Positions 58,123-64,000 of a stretch of DNA of 64,000 bases are shown piece by piece (the first letter of the stretch is position 1; every line of letters begins with the position of its first letter). Made by a program: the position numbers and the translations under genes. Under the pieces are notes generated by a model, which made no database searches, was not told where the DNA came from, and saw only the letters and a program-made list of their open reading frames with translations. This DNA comes from Azolla caroliniana (lineage: Eukaryota; Plantae; Polypodiophyta), in the NCBI GenBank assembly GCA_043228905.1, contig JBHGNT010000008.1, positions 2,604,001-2,668,000 of the forward strand, written 5' to 3'.

Positions 58123-61100
58123 AATTGCACCAAGTGGGAGGCAAGGAGGAGCTTTTCTTATTTGCAGTATCAGTGACACCTTCCAGTGCCATTCAAGGGA
58201 ATTCAGACAATGTCCAAATTCCCAGAAAAAATCAAGACTATGTTGATGTTTTCGACAAAGTCAAAGCTAGTATTCTTCTAAAGCATCGATTGTACGACTG
58301 TCCTATTGATCTCCAACCAGGAAAAGAGCCACTGTGGGGTCTGATTTACAATTTATCACCCATTGAGCTTGAGGTTCTTTGAGAATACATCGAGGATAAT
58401 CTTGCACATGGGTTTATTCGACATTCAAAGTCTCCAACTGGTGCTCCTATCTATTTTTTGAAGAAAAAGGACGACTCCCTTCGTTTGGTCATAAACTATC
58501 GAGGCTTAAATAAAGTCACCATAAGGAATATGTATGCTCTACCTTTAATCTCTAGTATCTTAGAACGCATTGGTGGGGCAAAGCATTTTACCAAAATTGA
58601 TCTAAGGGATGCATATAATCTTGTTTGAATTCGACCGGGAGATGAGTGGAAAACAACATTTCATACTTGGTATGGTCATTTCGAGTATACAGTCATGCCT
58701 TTCGGGCTCACAAATGCACCTACAGTATTTCAACATATCGAAAATGACATTTTCCGGGATTTCTTGGATATCTTTCTCATCATCTACCTAGATGATATGT
58801 TGATTTACTCTAAAACACAAGAGGAGCATGATATACATGTGCGGAAAGTACTTGAACGCCTAAGAAAGTATGGTCTTTATGCCAAACTTGAGAAATGCAG
58901 CTTTGATTGCAAACAAGTTGAATTTTTGGGATACAGTTTTTATCCAAGGGTATTTTCATGGATCCGGCAAAAGTCCAAACAATATTGGAATGGAAACCCC
59001 CATGCTCAGTTTGGGATGTCCAGTGTTTCCTCGGATTTGCGAACTTCTATCGCAAATTCATACGCAATTATTCAAGCATTGTGTTGCCCCTCACCCAACT
59101 CACCAAGGAAAATCAAGCATTTTTTTGGAGTATTGAAGCGGACAAGGCTTTTACTCAGCGGAAAGAGGCATTCACATCAACACCTATCCTAGCGCATATT
59201 GATCCCAAAAAGCCATTTACTATTGAGGCGGATGTGTCAAACTTCGCATTAGGGAGTATCCTATCGCAACTAGGTGAGGACGGGCAGACTCATCTAGACG
59301 CGTTTCACTCGAGAAAATTTATTGTTCGAAGATAAACTATGAGGTGCATGACAAGGAGTTACTAGTTGTGGTCGACTCATTCGAGCAATGGCATCATTAT
59401 CTAAAAGGATCGCCTCATCAGATTATCATTTATAGTGATCACAAAAATCTCACATATTTTCAAACAACTCGAGTATTAAATAGAAGACAAGCTCGGTGGG
59501 CCCAATTTCTAATGCGTTTCGATTTCAAGTTCATTTTTCGCCCCAGAAAACAACAAGGGAAAGCAGATGCTTTGTCTCGGCGTTCATATCTAGCTCTTCG
59601 ACCTGGAGATCCGGCCTTTGACAATCAAAAGCAGATTCTTCTCGGATATCAAAGCTACAAGCAACAACAATTTATGCCACGCCACTTGATTCTAGCCTTC
59701 TTGATACTATTCGGCAACAACTTCACTCTGATGATTTCGCTAAGGATGTCTTAGCCCACATTGGTTCAAGCCATCCATCTTGATCCACATTGCAAGGATC
59801 ATCTCAACATTATCAGGACTTCAAGTGCCAAGATGGCTTACTCTTCTACAAGAATCTCCTTTACATCCCTGACGGATCACCCCGACTTCAAGTGCTAGAA
59901 CATTGTCCTGATGCCCCCATGGCTGGACATTTTGGTATTGCCAAGACCATTGAGCTGGTGAAACGTGAGGTGTTTCACCATCATGGTCTCTCAAATGATA
60001 TTATTAGCGATTGAGGTGCTCAATTTATCTCTCACTTTGGTGGCCTCACTTGCAAAAATTTGTCGAAGATTATGTTCGCACTTGTGACACCTGTTGTCGT
60101 GCCAAAATACCCCTACATCACCCTTATGTCTTACTACAACCATTACCCCCTCCCAACAAGCCATGGCAGTCTATTTCTATGGATTTCATTACGGATATGC
60201 CAAGATGGCAAATTTTGTAGTGGATCGGTTCACCAAGATGGCAAATTTTGTACCATGTGTAAAGACCATCAATAGTGAAGAAACTGCAGATCTCATTATG
60301 CGTGAAGTGTTTCGCCATCATGGTCTCCATAATGATATTATTAGCGATCGAGGTCCTCAATTTATCTCACACTTTTGGAAGCACCTATGGGCAGGCCTCA
60401 AAATCTCCTGCAAACTCTCTTTGGCTTATCATCCACAAACTGACGGATAAACAGAGCGCACAAATCAAACACTCGAGCAGTATCTTCGATTCTTCATCAG
60501 TTATCAACAAGATGATTGGAACAATATTTTACATCTTGCCGAGTTTGTATACAACAACATGGTACACTCTGCTACAAAAGTTACACCTTTCTTTGCCTAC
60601 ATTGGCAACCACCCTCGATGGTGTATCCTGGATCTCCCTGAGGTGTCACGAAACCCTAGTGCGGCGCATCACCTCCACCGACTACAACAAATCCAGTTTG
60701 AGTTATCTTCACATCTTCAGAAAGCGCAAGCACACCATAAGACCAATGCCGAACGACATCGTCTTAAGTCTCCTTTTAAGGTTGGTGACCGAGTATGGTT
60801 GCTTCGTTGTCACATCAAGACTACCCGCCCATGTGCTAAGCTCGATTATCAATGCTTAGGTCCTTTTGTCATCACAACGTGGATTAATGATGCAACATTT
60901 CATCTTAACCTTCCTGCACATATGCGGCTTCACCCAGTCTTTCATAGCTCTCTTTTGGAATCTTGTCGCACCTCTTTAATTCCTAATTGTGTCATACCAC
61001 CACCGCCTTCTGTCCAACTGGTTGATGGTCCCAAATACGAGGTAGCTACTATTCTCGATTCTAAAATTGTGTGCAATAAGCTTTATTATCTAGTTTATTG

Positions 61101-61256
61101 GCTTGGCTACCCTCGGAGTGAGCGTACTTGGGAACTTGTCGATAACATTTGTAAAGCTCAAGCTCTTGTCGACGACTTCCATCGCCACTATCCAAACAAA
61201 CCCGACCCTACAATGTTAATGCCGACTTCCACTTGGCATTCTCGAAGGAGGGATAG

Positions 61257-61711
61257 TATCATGAACACATGGCCATTATGGCGTCACCCGAACTTGAACC
61301 TCGAACCTTGTAATCCATAATTGAAAACCTTAACCATTAAGATAACATATTGTCATATGAAAGGATAAAAGCTACTTTTTGTATTAGAATTGTTATTGTA
61401 AAAACTCTAGATCATTCTAGAATGTTCTAGAATGTCCTAGAATATTCTAGGTCTAGAACATTCTAGAACATTCTAGAACATTATAGAAATCTCTAAGCTA
61501 TTCTATAAGAACCTACAAATAAGGGCATACATGTATTCTCAAATCAATTCGGATCAACACCAGTCTTTAGCTCTCATTACATATCTTGTATCCATTCTCT
61601 TTCTTTCTCTATCGTAATACACCCATTCTTCTCTTAGCATTTCGTTCCTTTCTTCTTGTGTTCCCTTATATCCTTCTTCCATCACTTTATCTTTTATTCT
61701 TGGTTCTGACA
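61257..61711 (+). repeat. 3' LTR of C2, with HSE-like array at ~61413-61490
   Basis: Homologous to the C1 LTRs; TG mutated to TA. Confidence 0.92.
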
Positions 61712-64000
61712 GTTCGATCCGGAATGATTCCTGGATCCCGGTTGGTGAGCACACGGGCCTGAAGAAGTGTATTGTTCTAGTTAGAATGTCGGACAATAGT
61801 AATGAGCTCACAGGCCCACGAACTTGGAAACGTACACAATAGAGACAGAACGGGAACGAGAACACGATCCAGGGGCACAATGAACCACATCAAGTAGGAA
61901 CTACGCAGGAATAGCCAACACAAGAAGAGCCACAACAAAACATTAATCATTAACAGAGAATGAATGAATACAACCGGACTTGGCCTACAATGGTGCTCTA
62001 AACTACAACCACCACGAACCACCACGGAACGATGAACCTCTCGTCGGGAGCTCATGGGCTTCCTGTGTGAGCAGAGGCTTCACCTTCTTCCCCGGATAAG
62101 CACAGAACACACACAAGAAAAACAGAGAGCGAGGGAGAGAGGGGGAGAGAGAGCTTGGCACTCAAACCGAGAGCACTTCGTCCTCCCCCTCCTCGTCGAT
62201 GCCCAAATAGGCTCAAGCCTCCCCTTTTATAGAACAAGGGGAGACGTTACATCGTAATCAGGGGTCGAGCTTCTCCCCAATTTCTTCACATCAAATCCCC
62301 CTATCCTTTCTATCCATACAGGTCTTTAAAGTACTTATTAAATCCTACTCCCTAGTACTTACTAGTCTGATGCTATTTACATATGTTTGTACACAAAGAA
62401 CTAAGTTTGTGTGCATCCGTGCACACACCCATTCACGCGCATCTGCCTTTGTTTCTCTCCATGACCGGAATCCATCATGACATCCACCCCCACCAAACCG
62501 CACATCCTCCGGCATGTGCCAAGCAGTGTGGCGGTGGGGATTCCGGCTCAACCTTTACTTGTCCTCTCCCGAACCGTCACCGACCGAGTCTCCTTCTTGC
62601 TCCTCGCTCTCACCCTCACCTTCTCCCATCTCCAGATCCGGTTCCGGCTCATACCACTTCTTGAAGGCGTTTATCTGCTTCCCCGTAACCGGCACTGCGA
62701 TCCTTGTCTCATCAAGCTCGGCAAGATGGTATGTCGCGTTATCGTTGGTGCTTGTCACCACGTACGGCCCGAACCACCTCTTCGCAAACTTTCGGGTCGA
62801 CCGGTGCTGGTTGTCTAGGTTGTTGTCATAGACTAGCACCCAATCACCCTCCTCGATCGACTTTGGCTGGGGTCGGTGTGTTTGGTCGAACTTGCCCTTG
62901 TTCTTCTTCCTCACCTCTTCTACCCTTACCGTCGCTCTCTCGATCTCCTCCAGCCTTTGCTCGAGCTGTCAGATCCGTGCCACGAGCAACTTTTCCTAGC
63001 TCATCTCTTCCGATCAGTCGATCGCTAACAACGATGACATTGTCCTCTCCACTGGCATGATCAGCTTTTGTCCGAACATAAGTTATGCCGGCATGTACCC
63101 GGTTACTGAACTATGTGTAGTTCGGTCGGCCCATAATGCATAAGGAAGTAGTCTCGGCCAGTTCCCGACTAGTTCGTCGCATGCTCGCACCAATGCTTTC
63201 ACAATCGGCATGTGCCTGCGCTCAATTTTCCTATTGGATTCCGGATTGTAAGTTGTAATGAGGGAGAACTTTACCCCTACCCGGTCAAATAGCTTCTTAG
63301 CTTCCAACACGTTCAACTCCCCTCAATTGGCTACAATCTTCCCTACGCACCAGTACCGGCAGATCATGTCTTCGATTAGGAACCGGCAAACCGTGGCAGT
63401 TGTCTTGGTTGTTAAGGCCCGACCCTCCACCTGGTTTGTCAGATCTTTTCTCGCGAGCACCAGGTAACGTATATGTCCTACCCCCATCGGCATCGTCGTT
63501 AAATCGACCATCCACTTGAAGTGAATGATTGGAGAGTAGGTCGGGTGCAGCTTGTCTCAGTGCCGGACTCCAGAATGCACTTGGCAGCTCTCGCAAGCCA
63601 CCAATATTTCTCCTTTCGTTTCTCGAACGTGGCCCATGTGCCCCGGTGTCCGGACTAGGAGCTCTCGTGGAACTCCAACACGATCACCGAATGTTCTTCC
63701 TTATTTGCCACAACTCGGAGCGGTGTGTTGGTCCGTCTCTTCGGGTGCTGCCATGTTGTACCGTTCCGTAGGAAGAACTGGTAAGCCCTCTTCCGGATCC
63801 GGCACGTTTCCTCTTTCATCCATGTTGCGTCTAGCATCAACGTACTTAGGAACCACTGGATTCGAAGCCACTCCCCGTCGGAGTTAGTCTCGTCAAACTC
63901 TCTCAAGGTCGGACTGTCCCGTCTGCTTGCCCTTAGTCGAGCCGACTTGAAGAAGTCCTCGGCAACTTCTTCATCTTTAGACACCATGTCGTCCTCATTG
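61712..64000 (-). mobile_element. Gypsy G4 (G1-related): 3' LTR 61712-62482 (cut by C2), PPT and decayed integrase running off the window
   Basis: catgaca-tccacccccacc junction; RKFAKRWFGPY and MVDLTTMPMG remnants; LTR similar to 23948-24728. Confidence 0.88.

Larger units (their letters stand above)
51035..61711 (+). mobile_element. Chromovirus C2 (same family as C1), 5'-truncated, decayed, split by copia D
   Basis: Colinear with C1 from mid-gag; chromodomain ~61035-61190; 3' LTR 61257-61711. Confidence 0.92.

Noticed and set aside
61712-61722. gttcgatccg after the C2 LTR, apparently covarying with cggatcaac in that LTR (would support self-priming)
   Set aside because: It is host G4 LTR sequence (homologous to ~24625-24650), so the match is coincidental

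Overview
Eukaryotic heterochromatin-like window made almost entirely of nested transposable elements; no host gene is recognisable. The mix of elements (tRNA-Trp-primed Phygy/Selgy-like Ty3/gypsy, Tcn1-like chromoviruses, Tork- and Ale/Ivana-like copia, and an RTEX-like LINE) suggests a seed-free land plant (inference). Block 1 (3049-22465) is a ~650-bp foldback palindrome whose apex received a hAT-type MITE (itself split by a gypsy element) and a chromovirus; an intact-looking LINE sits in a stub behind that chromovirus. Block 2 (22674-42219) holds a near-identical 2.7-kb tandem duplication and a gypsy solo LTR split by a decayed copia carrying two younger copias. Block 3 (42555-64000) holds further gypsy copies and a second chromovirus interrupted by an intact copia with apparently identical LTRs. 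The most notable signals are cis-acting. (i) LINE ORF1 and an AUG-less ORF2 are in one frame, separated only by UGA-CGG, a classic leaky-stop context. (ii) A conserved G_GAU_UUU plus pseudoknot -1 frameshift signal lies between protease and RT in the gypsy family. (iii) That family makes CpG-centred 4-bp TSDs. (iv) The chromovirus LTRs carry a palindromic heat-shock-element array and an antisense tRNA-like A/B-box module. All calls were made by eye; lineage names need phylogenetic confirmation.
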